Assembly: GCA_963779415.1 (NCBI GenBank)
Contig: CAVZYA010000003.1
Coordinates: forward strand, 160,001 to 224,000
Direction of reading: 5' to 3'
Origin: an uncultured Acidobacteriota bacterium
Lineage (GTDB): Bacteria; Acidobacteriota; Thermoanaerobaculia; UBA5066
Length of the DNA: 64,000 bases
In this document: one piece after another, positions 40,440 through 50,003 of the stretch
How positions within the stretch are numbered: position 1 is the stretch's first letter
Layout of the letters: every line of letters begins with the position of its first letter
Position numbers and translations under genes: made by a program
Notes under the pieces: generated by a model
Told to the model about the DNA's origin: nothing
The model's database searches: none
Seen by the model: the letters and a program-made list of their open reading frames with translations, nothing else

Positions 40440-41862
40440 CGGGCACCCTCGTTTCCGTCACGCGAGCGCGAATCTCGCCGTGATCGAGAAGAATCTTCAG
40501 GGGGTCTCCGGCGGAGACCTTCGCGGCATCTCGGAGCGGAGTCCGCTCGCCCTCGCGGTAAGTCACGGAGTACCCCCGCGAGAGGACCTTGAGCGGGCTC
40601 AAGGCGTCGAGGGAGGCCGAGAGCGTTGAGAGGCGGCCCGACCCTCGGGTGAAGACCGCCTTCATCCGCTCCTCCAGCGCGTCGGCAAGCTGCCCGGAGC
40701 TTCTTCGAAGGAGGGGGAAGGCCGTCCGCGCCGGCCAGCCGCGAAGCCGCTCGTCCAGCCGCGCCAGCCGCGCTCCGAACGCAAGCGGGAGCGCTCGAAA
40801 AGTCGACAGCAGCTCCGCGGAAGCGGAGTCTGCTTCAGCCTCTCCCGCGTTGACCCTCGAAGGAAATGCGGCGAACCCCGTCGAGAGAAGCAGTCCTTTC
40901 AGCTCCCCGTCCGCCTCGGCCAGCCTCCCTCTCAGGATCTTCATCAGGTCTTTCCTCGTCGCCAGGAGCCGCATCTCGAAGTCATCCCGCCGGGCGACGA
41001 CCAGCTCGGCCGCCTGCGACGGCGTGGCGGCCCGGACGTCGGCGGCGAGGTCGGTGAGCGTCACGTCGATCTCGTGCCCGACGGCCGAGATCGTCGGCAC
41101 CCTCGACGAGGCGACCGCGCGGACGACCCGCTCGTCGTTGAACGCCGCGAGGTCCTCCTTCGACCCGCCGCCGCGGGCGACGATCAGAACGTCCGCAGCC
41201 GAGGGGACGCGCGAAAAGGCGGAGACGGCGGCCGCGACCTCCTCCGGCGCTCCCTCCCCCTGCACGCGGACCGGGTAGATCGTGACGTGCGCGTTCGGGA
41301 AGCGGAGAGAGAGGACCCGAAGGACATCGTGGACCGCGGCGCCTCCCAGCGACGTGACCACGCCGATACGCCGGGGCAGGAGGGGGAGCTTTTTCTTCCT
41401 AGAGAGGTCAAAGAGCCCTTCGACCGCCAGCCGCGCTCTCAGCTGCTCGAAGGCCACCTGGAGCGCCCCGACGCCATAGGGCTGAAGCTCCAGAACGCGA
41501 AACGAAAGCTCGCCTTTCGGAGCGTAGACGTCCGGCGTGCCTCTCGCGAGGATCTCCATTCCGTCCCCGGGGGAGAAGCGGACGCGTCGCAGGTCCGACG
41601 CCCACATCTTGGCCCTCAGCGTGGCGTTCCCGTCCTTCAGGGAAAAATAGGCGTGGCCCGAGGGCCAGACTTTCCACTGGCTCAGCTCGCCCCTCACCCA
41701 GGTGTCGGGAAAGCCCGATTTGAGAGCCGCGTCGAGCCGCGCGACGAACTCCGAGACGGTGACGGCGCGCGACGCGGGCCCCCCGTCGCCGAAGGGAAGC
41801 TCCGCTTCCGCGACTCGCGGGGCGCGCCGCGCAGCGAGGGGACGGTACCGCGGGATCGCCAC
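40426..41862 (-). CDS. xseA: Exodeoxyribonuclease VII large subunit
   Basis: SGHAYFSLKD, RGGGSKEDL, SAVGHEID, ATPSQAAE, LSPLKVLSRGYS. Confidence 0.96.
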   Translation of the reverse strand: MAIPRYRPLAARRAPRVAEAELPFGDGGPASRAVTVSEFVARLDAALKSGFPDTWVRGELSQWKVWPSGHAYFSLKDGNATLRAKMWASDLRRVRFSPGDGMEILARGTPDVYAPKGELSFRVLELQPYGVGALQVAFEQLRARLAVEGLFDLSRKKKLPLLPRRIGVVTSLGGAAVHDVLRVLSLRFPNAHVTIYPVRVQGEGAPEEVAAAVSAFSRVPSAADVLIVARGGGSKEDLAAFNDERVVRAVASSRVPTISAVGHEIDVTLTDLAADVRAATPSQAAELVVARRDDFEMRLLATRKDLMKILRGRLAEADGELKGLLLSTGFAAFPSRVNAGEAEADSASAELLSTFRALPLAFGARLARLDERLRGWPARTAFPLLRRSSGQLADALEERMKAVFTRGSGRLSTLSASLDALSPLKVLSRGYSVTYREGERTPLRDAAKVSAGDPLKILLDHGEIRARVTETRVPDDQE

Positions 41863-41872
41863 GCGGCGGATT

Positions 41873-43027
41873 CTAGTCGCCGGCCGGGCCGGTTCCCGCT
41901 CCGACCCAGGGGAAGACGGAGAGAACCAGCGTCGGGATCAGGATCTCGACGTCGCCGAAGTTGTACTCGAACATCCCGGCGACGAAGAGCCCGGCGAAGA
42001 CGGCGACCGTCGCGCGGGCGAAGGGGCGACCCGGGTCGGCACCGGGGGCGCGCGCCCGCCGGATCCCCCCGAGGAGCGCGGCCGCGACGAACCAGAGATA
42101 GAAGGCGGCCGACGGGAGCCCCGTCTCCGCCGCGGTCATGACGACGTTGTTGTGGAGGTGGCCGACTACCGGAAGGATGAAGCCGGGCTGGCGGTAGTCC
42201 GGGTAGACCTTCTTGATCCGCCCCGGGCCGACGCCGAAGAGCGGATGGTCCGCGATCATCAGCCGCCCCGCCTTCCACATCGCGATCCGGTCGCGCGCCG
42301 TCTCGTCGCTCGGGTCGAGGACCGAGCGGGCCCTTTCCCGAACTGAGACCGGCGCGGCGAGCCACGCGACGACGAAGAGGGGGGCCAGGACGAAGGCGCT
42401 TCGGGGCTTCAGGAGAAGGACGAGGACGAGAATCCCGACCCCGAGGCCGAGATACGCGTTCCGCGTGAGGGAGAGGGCGATGGCGAGCGTTCCGAGAGCC
42501 GCCACGCCTCCGTCGAGGAGGCGGGACGTCCGGGGCTCCTCCGGCGAGAGCGCCCGCGCGAGAAGAACGAGGACGAAGAACATCAGGAGGCCCGCGTACG
42601 TCATGTGGACGGAGAGCCCCCCCGTGAGCCGGGCCCCGAGCCCTCCCCCGCTCGAAAGAAACTCGACGAACCCGCGGACGGCGAGGTAAAGAGCAACGAG
42701 GCGCCAGAGAAGGCCGAGGAGGCGGAGGTCCTCCGCATTCCGGAGCAGGGCCGCCGCGGCGACGACGAGGAGGAAAGTCAGCTGCCCCTTGACCTCGGCA
42801 ATCGAGCGGGACGGGAGCGTCGAGAACGGGATCGAAAGAAGCGTCCAGCCGACGAAGGCCGCGATCGGATACTGGACGGGAGTCCAGCTCCGGAACGGAG
42901 CGAGCGGGTCCTCCCCCGCCCGGGCCGCCCGGACGCGCCACGCCACGACGGCCGCGAACGAGATCCCCATGCAGATGTTCGCGACGGCGATCGCCACCGA
43001 GAGGGAGGCGCCGAGGAGGAGGAACAC
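41873..43027 (-). CDS. O-antigen ligase (Wzy_C) family protein
   Basis: Multi-TM; SLTRNAYLG, RIAMW..G..MIADHPLFGVG, HLHNNVV...AETG. Confidence 0.85.
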   Translation of the reverse strand: MFLLLGASLSVAIAVANICMGISFAAVVAWRVRAARAGEDPLAPFRSWTPVQYPIAAFVGWTLLSIPFSTLPSRSIAEVKGQLTFLLVVAAAALLRNAEDLRLLGLLWRLVALYLAVRGFVEFLSSGGGLGARLTGGLSVHMTYAGLLMFFVLVLLARALSPEEPRTSRLLDGGVAALGTLAIALSLTRNAYLGLGVGILVLVLLLKPRSAFVLAPLFVVAWLAAPVSVRERARSVLDPSDETARDRIAMWKAGRLMIADHPLFGVGPGRIKKVYPDYRQPGFILPVVGHLHNNVVMTAAETGLPSAAFYLWFVAAALLGGIRRARAPGADPGRPFARATVAVFAGLFVAGMFEYNFGDVEILIPTLVLSVFPWVGAGTGPAGD

Positions 43028-43079
43028 GAACGCCGGCCGCTCGAATCCCCGGCGGCCGAGGACCGGCGAGAGCGGAGTG

Positions 43080-43337
43080 TCAGCCGAGCCGGGCCTCCGC
43101 GGGAAGCGCTTCCTCCACGAGCATCACCGGGATGTCGGAGACGATCGCGTAGACCCGGCCGCACGCCGCGCAAAAGAGCCCTTCCGTGACCACGGGCTCC
43201 TCGTCCTTCATCCGCTCCCGGTATTTCTCCACGAGCGTCTTCGCGACGTCCTCCCGGAGGCGGCAGAGCGAGACCGGCGGTCGGTCGTCGCACGCGGGGC
43301 AGGCGAGAATCTCGAGGAGCTCGGGGTCGACGGCCAT
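43080..43337 (-). CDS. Trm112 / UPF0434 family protein
   Basis: DPELLEILACPAC ... C..CGRVY.I...IPVML.EEA. Confidence 0.85.
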   Translation of the reverse strand: MAVDPELLEILACPACDDRPPVSLCRLREDVAKTLVEKYRERMKDEEPVVTEGLFCAACGRVYAIVSDIPVMLVEEALPAEARLG

Positions 43338-43358
43338 CGCCCGAATGCTAGCAGGAGA

Positions 43359-44117
43359 TCAGAACTTGTAGCCGACGGCGGCGATCAACGACCGGTCGGT
43401 CTTCTTCAGCGTTTCGGGCTGGGGTTTGTTCTTGTAGTCGGTCAGGTACGCGACCTTCAACTCGAGAGCCTTCGACAGCGGCGAAACGAGCCCCACGTCG
43501 AAGTGAAAGAGATAGTCCGAAAAGTCGTCCATCTTCCAGAGGCCGTTGGCATTCTGGGTCAGCTTCGCCCAGGTCGAGATCTGCCACTCGAACGCCTCGC
43601 CGGCACGGAGTGCTCCGCTCGTGTTCGACGGGTACCCCGCGTCCTGCTCGATTGCGAGACCGACGCCGCCGTCGAGGGCGAGCATGACCTCCTTAGTCTT
43701 TATCACCTTGTAGCCGGCGCCGACGATGGGCGTGATCAGGTAGGTGATCCCCTTGAAACGGTCGTAGAGGTATCCCGCCTCGCCGAAGGCGAAAAAACGC
43801 TCCGTGAAGGAGTACTCATCGCGGAGGACGAAGTTGGCCTTCTGGGTGTTCGTCACGCTGTCGCTCTCGCCGTACAGGTAGTAGCCGTCCAGCTTGACGA
43901 CGTTATTCGTCTTCGGGTCGTACTTGAGGCCCAGCGTGAAGCTGAGGTTCGTCGTGTTCGTGTTTCCGCTGTTGATGCCGAGCCCGAATCCGACGCCTCC
44001 TGTGAAGGCCGGGGGCGGCGGGGGCTCCTTCTTCTCCGGGCAGGGGCAGGGCTGCTGGCCGAAGGCGGGCGCGGCGAAGGCGAAAAGGCAGACAAAGAGC
44101 GCGAAGAGTCGTTTCAT
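43359..44117 (-). CDS. DUF481 (YdiY-like) outer-membrane beta-barrel
   Basis: Signal peptide, SGNTNT, Y.YDRFKGI, terminal VGYKF. Confidence 0.8.
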   Translation of the reverse strand: MKRLFALFVCLFAFAAPAFGQQPCPCPEKKEPPPPPAFTGGVGFGLGINSGNTNTTNLSFTLGLKYDPKTNNVVKLDGYYLYGESDSVTNTQKANFVLRDEYSFTERFFAFGEAGYLYDRFKGITYLITPIVGAGYKVIKTKEVMLALDGGVGLAIEQDAGYPSNTSGALRAGEAFEWQISTWAKLTQNANGLWKMDDFSDYLFHFDVGLVSPLSKALELKVAYLTDYKNKPQPETLKKTDRSLIAAVGYKF

Positions 44118-44136
44118 GGCGTCTCCTGGGGTCTTC

Positions 44137-44553
44137 CTACTTTTTCGAGGCGAGGAGATCACGGATCTCGCCGAGGAGCTTCACGTCGGCGGGGGGCGCG
44201 GCGGGAGCCGCCGGCGCCTCCTTCTTGAGCCGGTTGATCTGCTTGACGAGAAGAAACACGGCGAAGGCGACGATCAGGAACTCGATACAGGTGTTCAGGA
44301 AAAGCCCGTAGTTCAGCGTCGCGAGGCCGGCCTTCTTCGCATCGGCAACGGACGTGACGTCCTTCCCGGAGAGGTTGAGGAAGAGATTCGAGAAGTCGAC
44401 CTTCCCGAGGAGGAGGCCGATCGGCGGCATGATGACGTCGTTCACGAGCGAGCCGACGATCTTCCCGAAGGCGCCGCCGATGATGATGCCGACGGCGAGG
44501 TCGACGACGTTCCCTTTGACCGCGAACTCCTTGAACTCGGAAGCCATGGACAT
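44137..44553 (-). CDS. mscL: Large-conductance mechanosensitive channel
   Basis: [43 protein letters not shown]. Confidence 0.97.
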   Translation of the reverse strand: MSMASEFKEFAVKGNVVDLAVGIIIGGAFGKIVGSLVNDVIMPPIGLLLGKVDFSNLFLNLSGKDVTSVADAKKAGLATLNYGLFLNTCIEFLIVAFAVFLLVKQINRLKKEAPAAPAAPPADVKLLGEIRDLLASKK

Positions 44554-44692
44554 GGGTTCTTCTCCTTTCCGGATCTTCCCGAAGCTTTCCCGGAGAGCAT
44601 TCTGCCCCGCGAAGCAGGGGCTGTCGAACGTGCCGTGGCAAGGGAAAAGAGCTGCTTGCCATTCCTGCGACCCTGAAGCAACCTCCTCGGAA

Positions 44693-46576
44693 GTGAGCCG
44701 CCGAACGCGTCCTTTTCTTCTCGTCACCCTCCTCGTCGCGGGGGTGTCCCAGGAAGCCCGCGCCTGGATCTTCCCCGAGCACCGCGACATCACCGTGGAG
44801 GCTATTCACGAGCTTCCCCCGGCCGAGAAGGCCGTTCTCGACCGGCTCTGGGCCGAGGCGCGGCTCGGAAAGGAGGCGCGGCTCTGCGAGGATCCGGCGG
44901 CTCCCGACCCGTCGGGTCGCGTCCCCTGTCTCGACCTCGCCTCGTGGCCCGCGCTCGCCGGCGACCATTCCTGCTCTCCGGCGGAACTCCTCTCGGAAGC
45001 CCTCGACGAGCCCTGGACGCTGAACGTCGCCTCCGTCGCGGCCGAGCTGAAGCGAAAGCTCGCGAAGGCGAAGCGTCCCGACCAGATCCGGAACGCCGAC
45101 GCCTGGTCGAACCTGGAGTTCGAGCGGGTGGATCCGAAGTACTCGACGCGAGCCGGCGCCAACAACGCCCACTTCCTCCTGCCGCGCGAGGGGTCCCCGG
45201 ACGGGCAGAGCTACATACGGCGGGCGCTGGCCGACGACACCGAGATCAACGCCATCGGCCTCTACGTCTATTTCCACCTCCTCGCCCTGGAACGTGCGCG
45301 GGCGTTCGACCCGGCCGCGGGGGACGCGGCCTCCCGGTCGGCCGCCGCCCGCGAGATCCTCTCCCTCGAGTCTTTCGGCCTTCACTTTCTCGAGGACAGC
45401 TTTGCGGCGGGTCACGTCGCCGGGACCTGGGGAAGCACCGCGACCCGGAAGGGAACCCACGACTACTACAACGAGTTCGGCCTCGCGACGACGACGTGGG
45501 GAGACGCCTCGGTCGTTCTCCTCGGCGACTCGCGGATGAGCCCCGTCGACCGCGACCGGGCTGCCGCGGCCATCTCCGCGAGCCTCGGGTACGTCCTCTC
45601 CCGGGTGGGCCGCGGCGGCGCGCCCGTCCCTCTCACCCCCATCGCCCTCGACTCCTGCAAGGCCTTCACGATGCAGGTCCCGGCGAATCCTCCCCTTTCG
45701 GAAGAGGACAAGAGTGCCCTCGCCAGGGTCCTCCTGATGACGCCCGTGCCGGCGCTCGCCAGCGGCGCCGGCGCCCTCCCCCGCTTCCGATCGGAGATCG
45801 GCTCCTTCATCGGCCTCTCGACCGGAGCCGAGGGCCTCTGGAATTCCGGAAGCTTCGACCCCTCCGTCACCGGCGGATTCGCGAACGGCGCCCTCTCTCT
45901 CGGAGGACGCGTCGGCATCGGCCTCGACTCGCTTCTCGCCGATGCGGCCGACGGGCTGATCTTCCTCGAGGGGGGCATTCGTCTCGAGTCGGCGCAGAAG
46001 GCTGCGTGCCGCCCCGATTCCTGCCCCCCATCGGCGGAGGTCGGGCAGATCGTTCCGAGAGTCCCGGCGCGTACGGGCTTCTACGCCCGGCTCCGGATGC
46101 CCTTCTGGCTGATCCCCGGCGACCTCATCCTCGCCACGCCGATCCTCATCTTCACGGCGCCGAGCCTCCTGGAAAGGATGGCGATGCGCGCCGCGGACGG
46201 CGGCGCGATCGCCTGGCAGCGCGGGATCTCGACTCGCGTCGGGCGGTTCCAGTTCGTCATCGGACGGGAAGTCACCGCGACCTTCTTCGGGTATTCCGGC
46301 GGCGAGGTCCAGTTCCTCGGCCTTGCGCCGGACCTGAGCGCCGTCTACGTCGTCTCCATGAGGTCGATCCGCGTCAGTATCCCGGTCCTCGAATACCGCC
46401 CCTTCCGCGAGTTCGCCACGACGCAGGCGTCGAGCCTCTCCTTCCAGATCGGCTTCGGCTGGGACATCCCGACGAAGGTCGAGACGAAGGCGCCTCCCGG
46501 CATCGTGGCGCCCGAGCTCCACTCGACCACCTTCGGCTACCTCCGGATGCAGTTCGACTGGCGGCGGTACTTCTGA
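44693..46576 (+). CDS. Secreted protein with Zn-phospholipase C / P1 nuclease-like N-domain and beta-rich C-domain
   Basis: Signal peptide ending ARA then WIFPEH; NNAHF; [11 protein letters not shown]; THDYYN; terminal FDWRRYF. Confidence 0.6.
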   Translation: MSRRTRPFLLVTLLVAGVSQEARAWIFPEHRDITVEAIHELPPAEKAVLDRLWAEARLGKEARLCEDPAAPDPSGRVPCLDLASWPALAGDHSCSPAELLSEALDEPWTLNVASVAAELKRKLAKAKRPDQIRNADAWSNLEFERVDPKYSTRAGANNAHFLLPREGSPDGQSYIRRALADDTEINAIGLYVYFHLLALERARAFDPAAGDAASRSAAAREILSLESFGLHFLEDSFAAGHVAGTWGSTATRKGTHDYYNEFGLATTTWGDASVVLLGDSRMSPVDRDRAAAAISASLGYVLSRVGRGGAPVPLTPIALDSCKAFTMQVPANPPLSEEDKSALARVLLMTPVPALASGAGALPRFRSEIGSFIGLSTGAEGLWNSGSFDPSVTGGFANGALSLGGRVGIGLDSLLADAADGLIFLEGGIRLESAQKAACRPDSCPPSAEVGQIVPRVPARTGFYARLRMPFWLIPGDLILATPILIFTAPSLLERMAMRAADGGAIAWQRGISTRVGRFQFVIGREVTATFFGYSGGEVQFLGLAPDLSAVYVVSMRSIRVSIPVLEYRPFREFATTQASSLSFQIGFGWDIPTKVETKAPPGIVAPELHSTTFGYLRMQFDWRRYF

Positions 46577-46583
46577 TCCGCCT

Positions 46584-47372
46584 TCAGCCCACCTTTTCCT
46601 GGATCGGCGTGATGGTGCGGGCGGTCCCGGTCGCCTCGTCGATGTCGACGATCGCCCCACAGAGCCGGACGTCGCGCGAGGCGGTCTCCATCGAGCGAGG
46701 CGTCTGGTAGAGAAACTTCTCGAGGATGTTCTTCGGGTCGAAGCCGATGATCCCTTCGTAAGCGCCGGTCATCCCCGCGTCGCCGAGGTACGCGGTCCCC
46801 TTCGGGAGGATCCGCGCGTCGGCCGTCGGGACGTGGGTGTGGCTGCCGATGACGGCCGAGGCCCGCCCGTCGAACCACCAGCCGACCGCCTGCTTCTCGG
46901 AAGAGGCCTCGGCGTGGATGTCGACCAGGACCACTTTCAGCGCCGGATGTTTCGCGTGCATCTCCTGAAGGCAGACGTCTCCGACGCGGAATGGAGAGTC
47001 GGTGTTGACCATGAAGACCTGCCCCTGCAGGTTCAGGACGCCGACCGGGATTCCGGCCGCGGTCTCCTGCACGACCCAGCCACGCCCCGGGTTCCCCGGC
47101 GGGTAGTTCGCGGGGCGGACGAGGTTCGCGATGTCTGCAAGGAGCGGGACGAAATCCTTCTTGTCCCAGATGTGGTTCCCGGAGGTGAAGACGTCGATCG
47201 GGAGCTTCGAGAGGTCGGCGAAGATCTCGGCCGTCACGCCGAAGCCGCCGGCCGCGTTCTCGACGTTCACGACCACGAAGTCGATCCTCTCGCGCCCGAT
47301 GATCTTCTCGAGAAGCGCGAGCGCCTTCCGCCCGGGCTTCCCCACCACGTCGCCGACGAAAAGGAGCTTCAT
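46584..47372 (-). CDS. ymdB: YmdB / TIGR00282 metallophosphoesterase
   Basis: GDVVGKPGR, NVENAAGG.G, SGNHIWD, DIHAEASSEK, GSHTHVPTAD. Confidence 0.93.
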   Translation of the reverse strand: MKLLFVGDVVGKPGRKALALLEKIIGRERIDFVVVNVENAAGGFGVTAEIFADLSKLPIDVFTSGNHIWDKKDFVPLLADIANLVRPANYPPGNPGRGWVVQETAAGIPVGVLNLQGQVFMVNTDSPFRVGDVCLQEMHAKHPALKVVLVDIHAEASSEKQAVGWWFDGRASAVIGSHTHVPTADARILPKGTAYLGDAGMTGAYEGIIGFDPKNILEKFLYQTPRSMETASRDVRLCGAIVDIDEATGTARTITPIQEKVG

Positions 47373-48973
47373 TTCGCGATTTCGACGGCCCGGGTCTCCC
47401 GGATCACCGTGATCTTGATCTGGCCGGGGTACTGAAGCTCGGCCTGAATCCGCTTCGCGATGTCCTTCGACATCCAGAAGCATTCGTCGTCGGTCACCTT
47501 CTTCGCGTCGACGACGACCCGCAGCTCGCGCCCCGCCTGGATGGCGAAGGTCTTCTCGATCCCCTTCATCCCCTCCGTCATCTTCTCCAGCTTCTCGATC
47601 CGCTTGACGTAGGTCTCGAGGATCTCCCGCCGGGCGCCCGGGCGGGCCGCCGAGATCGCGTCGGCCGCATTCACGAGGACGGCCTCGATCGTCCGGGGCT
47701 CGTAGTCGCCGTGATGGCACTCCATCGCGTGGATGACCGCCTCGCTCTCGCCGTACTTCTTCAGGATCTGCCGGCCCAGCTCGAGGTGCGTTCCTTCCTG
47801 CTCCCGGTCGATCGCCTTGCCGATGTCGTGGAGCAGCCCGGCCCGCTTCGTGACGGCCACGTTCGCCTTCAGCTCGCTCGCGAGATGGCAGGCGGCCCAG
47901 CCCACTTCCGTCGAGTGCTGGAGGACGTTCTGTCCGTAGCTCGACCGGAACTTGAGCCGCCCGAGAAGCTTGATCACCTCGGGGTGGAGGTCGGGGATGC
48001 CGAACTCGTACGCGGCGGCCTCGCCCGCCTGCTTGATGACCTCCCACAGCTCGGACCGGACCTTCTCGACGACCTCCTCGATCCGGGCCGGATGGATCCG
48101 CCCGTCCTGGATCAGCCTCTCGAGAGCGCGGCGCGCCACCTCGCGGCGGATCGGGTCGAAGGAGGAAAGGATGACGGCCTCCGGCGTGTCGTCGATGATG
48201 ATGTCGACGCCGGTCGCGGCCTCGACGGCCCGGATGTTGCGCCCCTCGCGCCCGATGATCCGTCCCTTCATCTCGTCCGACGGGAGGTCGAGGACCGAGA
48301 CGGTCGTCTCCACGACGTGGTCCGACGCCATCCGCTGGACCGTCATCGCGAGGAGCCGCTTCGCCTTCTGGGTCGCGTTCTCGACGGCGTCCTCCTCGAT
48401 GGACCGGATGAGGCCGGTCGCCTCGAGGCGCGCCTCGTTCTCCAGCTCGCGGACGAGGCCGCGCTTGGCCTCCTCCGCCGTGAGGCCGGCGATCTCCTCG
48501 AGCTTCCGCCGCTGCGCCGCGACCATCTCCTCGGCGGCCTTCGCGGCCTCGGCCTCGATCTCGTCGGCCCGTTTCTCGCGCTTGTCGAGGTTTTTCGCGC
48601 GGTTCTCGTTCTCCTGCTCGCGCTTTTCGACGGTGGCGATCTTCCTGTCGAGCGTCTCCTCCTTCTGGAGAATCCGCTTCTCGATGTCGGTCAGCTCGGT
48701 GCGCCGCCGGCTCGACTCCTGCTCCATCGCCTCGCGCGCCTTGAGGAGGCGCTCCTTGGCGTCGAGCTCGGCCCGCTGGGCGGCGGATTCGGCTCTCCGG
48801 ACCTCGGCTTCGGCGGCGAGGCGCGCCGCCTCGGCCGTCTTCCTGGCCTCGAGCTCGGCCTCCGTCCTCATGACGTCGGCCGCGCCCTTGGTCTTCAGGA
48901 CCCAGAGAAAGAAGGCGACGAGGCCGATCAGGACGACGGCCTCCAGGATCGCCAGGATGATTTCGATGGTCAC
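47369..48973 (-). CDS. rny: Ribonuclease Y
   Basis: N-terminal TM and coiled coil, KH (MKGRIIGREGRNIR), HD (LLHDIGKA), ARPGARRE. Confidence 0.97.
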   Translation of the reverse strand: MTIEIILAILEAVVLIGLVAFFLWVLKTKGAADVMRTEAELEARKTAEAARLAAEAEVRRAESAAQRAELDAKERLLKAREAMEQESSRRRTELTDIEKRILQKEETLDRKIATVEKREQENENRAKNLDKREKRADEIEAEAAKAAEEMVAAQRRKLEEIAGLTAEEAKRGLVRELENEARLEATGLIRSIEEDAVENATQKAKRLLAMTVQRMASDHVVETTVSVLDLPSDEMKGRIIGREGRNIRAVEAATGVDIIIDDTPEAVILSSFDPIRREVARRALERLIQDGRIHPARIEEVVEKVRSELWEVIKQAGEAAAYEFGIPDLHPEVIKLLGRLKFRSSYGQNVLQHSTEVGWAACHLASELKANVAVTKRAGLLHDIGKAIDREQEGTHLELGRQILKKYGESEAVIHAMECHHGDYEPRTIEAVLVNAADAISAARPGARREILETYVKRIEKLEKMTEGMKGIEKTFAIQAGRELRVVVDAKKVTDDECFWMSKDIAKRIQAELQYPGQIKITVIRETRAVEIAK

Positions 48974-49074
48974 GGGCGTCTCTCCCTCGCTGGTTTCAAT
49001 CGCGGGGAGGGACCCGGGTCGAGAGGCTCAGACGGGATTCCGGACTCTTCTCCCTGTCGTCGGTTCGAAAAAAA

Positions 49075-49253
49075 GGCCCCCGCATCGGCCGTGTGGGCGC
49101 TGTCGATTGAACCCTGTCAAATACAGGGCGGAGCCTTCAGGGCGTCCCATTAGTTCCCCAAAAAGGGGCTTCACAGGGAGGCCCGTCAACGAAAGCTCCT
49201 TTGATTTCATATCGGTTCAAGGACATATGCCCATTCACGCGCCGCGCAGGGCG
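49075..49253 (-). ncRNA. ssrS: 6S RNA
   Basis: About 180-nt self-complementary rod between zapA and rny: CCCTGC/GCGGGG ends, TGGGC/GCCCA and TTGAACC/GGTTCAA stems around a central bubble, then a T7 run; typical synteny. Ends approximate. Confidence 0.85.
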
Positions 49254-49591
49254 CCGATCGATTCGTCTCCGGTCCTCGCCGGAACGCCAAGGGGAAAAGA
49301 GCCCAGGATCTCGTCCAACCTCTCGACGAGGCGCGTGGCCCGCCGGGCGACGCGCGCCGGATCCCCCTCCGAGAGTCGGACTCGGAACTGGTAGTAGTCG
49401 TCGGCGATGTTCAGAGCCGCCAGGATCGCGATCTTCGTCGCGTCCACCGTGGCCGCTTCCTGCGCCACCTCGCGCATTTTCTTGTCGACGAACCCGGCGA
49501 GATCGTGGATGTACTCCGGATCCGCCGCGGCCCGGACCGAGTAGGTCTGGCCGAAAATCTCGACCTGGGTGGCCTGCGTGGGCTTCGTCAT
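49235..49591 (-). CDS. zapA: Cell division protein ZapA
   Basis: VEIFGQTYSV...LAGFVDKKMREV...KIAILAALNIADD. Confidence 0.92.
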   Translation of the reverse strand: MTKPTQATQVEIFGQTYSVRAAADPEYIHDLAGFVDKKMREVAQEAATVDATKIAILAALNIADDYYQFRVRLSEGDPARVARRATRLVERLDEILGSFPLGVPARTGDESIGALRGA

Positions 49592-49670
49592 ATCGCCGGG
49601 AACTCCCTCTCGGGAGCCCGTGGCGAGGATACCACGCCGATCCGGCGCTTCCCGCGCTTCCGCGGCGCTC

Positions 49671-49988
49671 TTACGCCCCCTCGAGCGAGGCGATCAGACG
49701 CTCGATCCGAGCCCGCACCTCGGCGCGCTCGGCCTCGTACGCCTTGAGACGCGTCGCGGCATCGCCGGCCTGCGACGCGGCCTTCTTCGCCTCGGCGATC
49801 TGCGCCTCGAGCGCCGTCCGCTCGGCGGCGGCCGCGGAAGCGGCCGCCTGCAACCGGCCGTTCTCCTCGAGGGCCGCCTTGAGGCGCGACGCCAGCGCCT
49901 CGACCCGCCTCTCGAGCTGGCCGAAGACGCTCTCGAGCGGATCGAGATCCGCGGACTTCTCGGACTTTCCTTTCGAAGCGTTCGTCAC
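49671..49988 (-). CDS. ZapB-like coiled-coil protein
   Basis: Heptad pattern ending ERAEVRARIERLI; lies between pheT and zapA. Confidence 0.65.
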   Translation of the reverse strand: MTNASKGKSEKSADLDPLESVFGQLERRVEALASRLKAALEENGRLQAAASAAAAERTALEAQIAEAKKAASQAGDAATRLKAYEAERAEVRARIERLIASLEGA

Positions 49989-50003
49989 GATCTCGTCCTC
50001 CGT

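Noticed and set aside
49028-49210. 60-aa ORF between zapA and rny
   Set aside because: It lies within the 6S RNA structure and has no protein features
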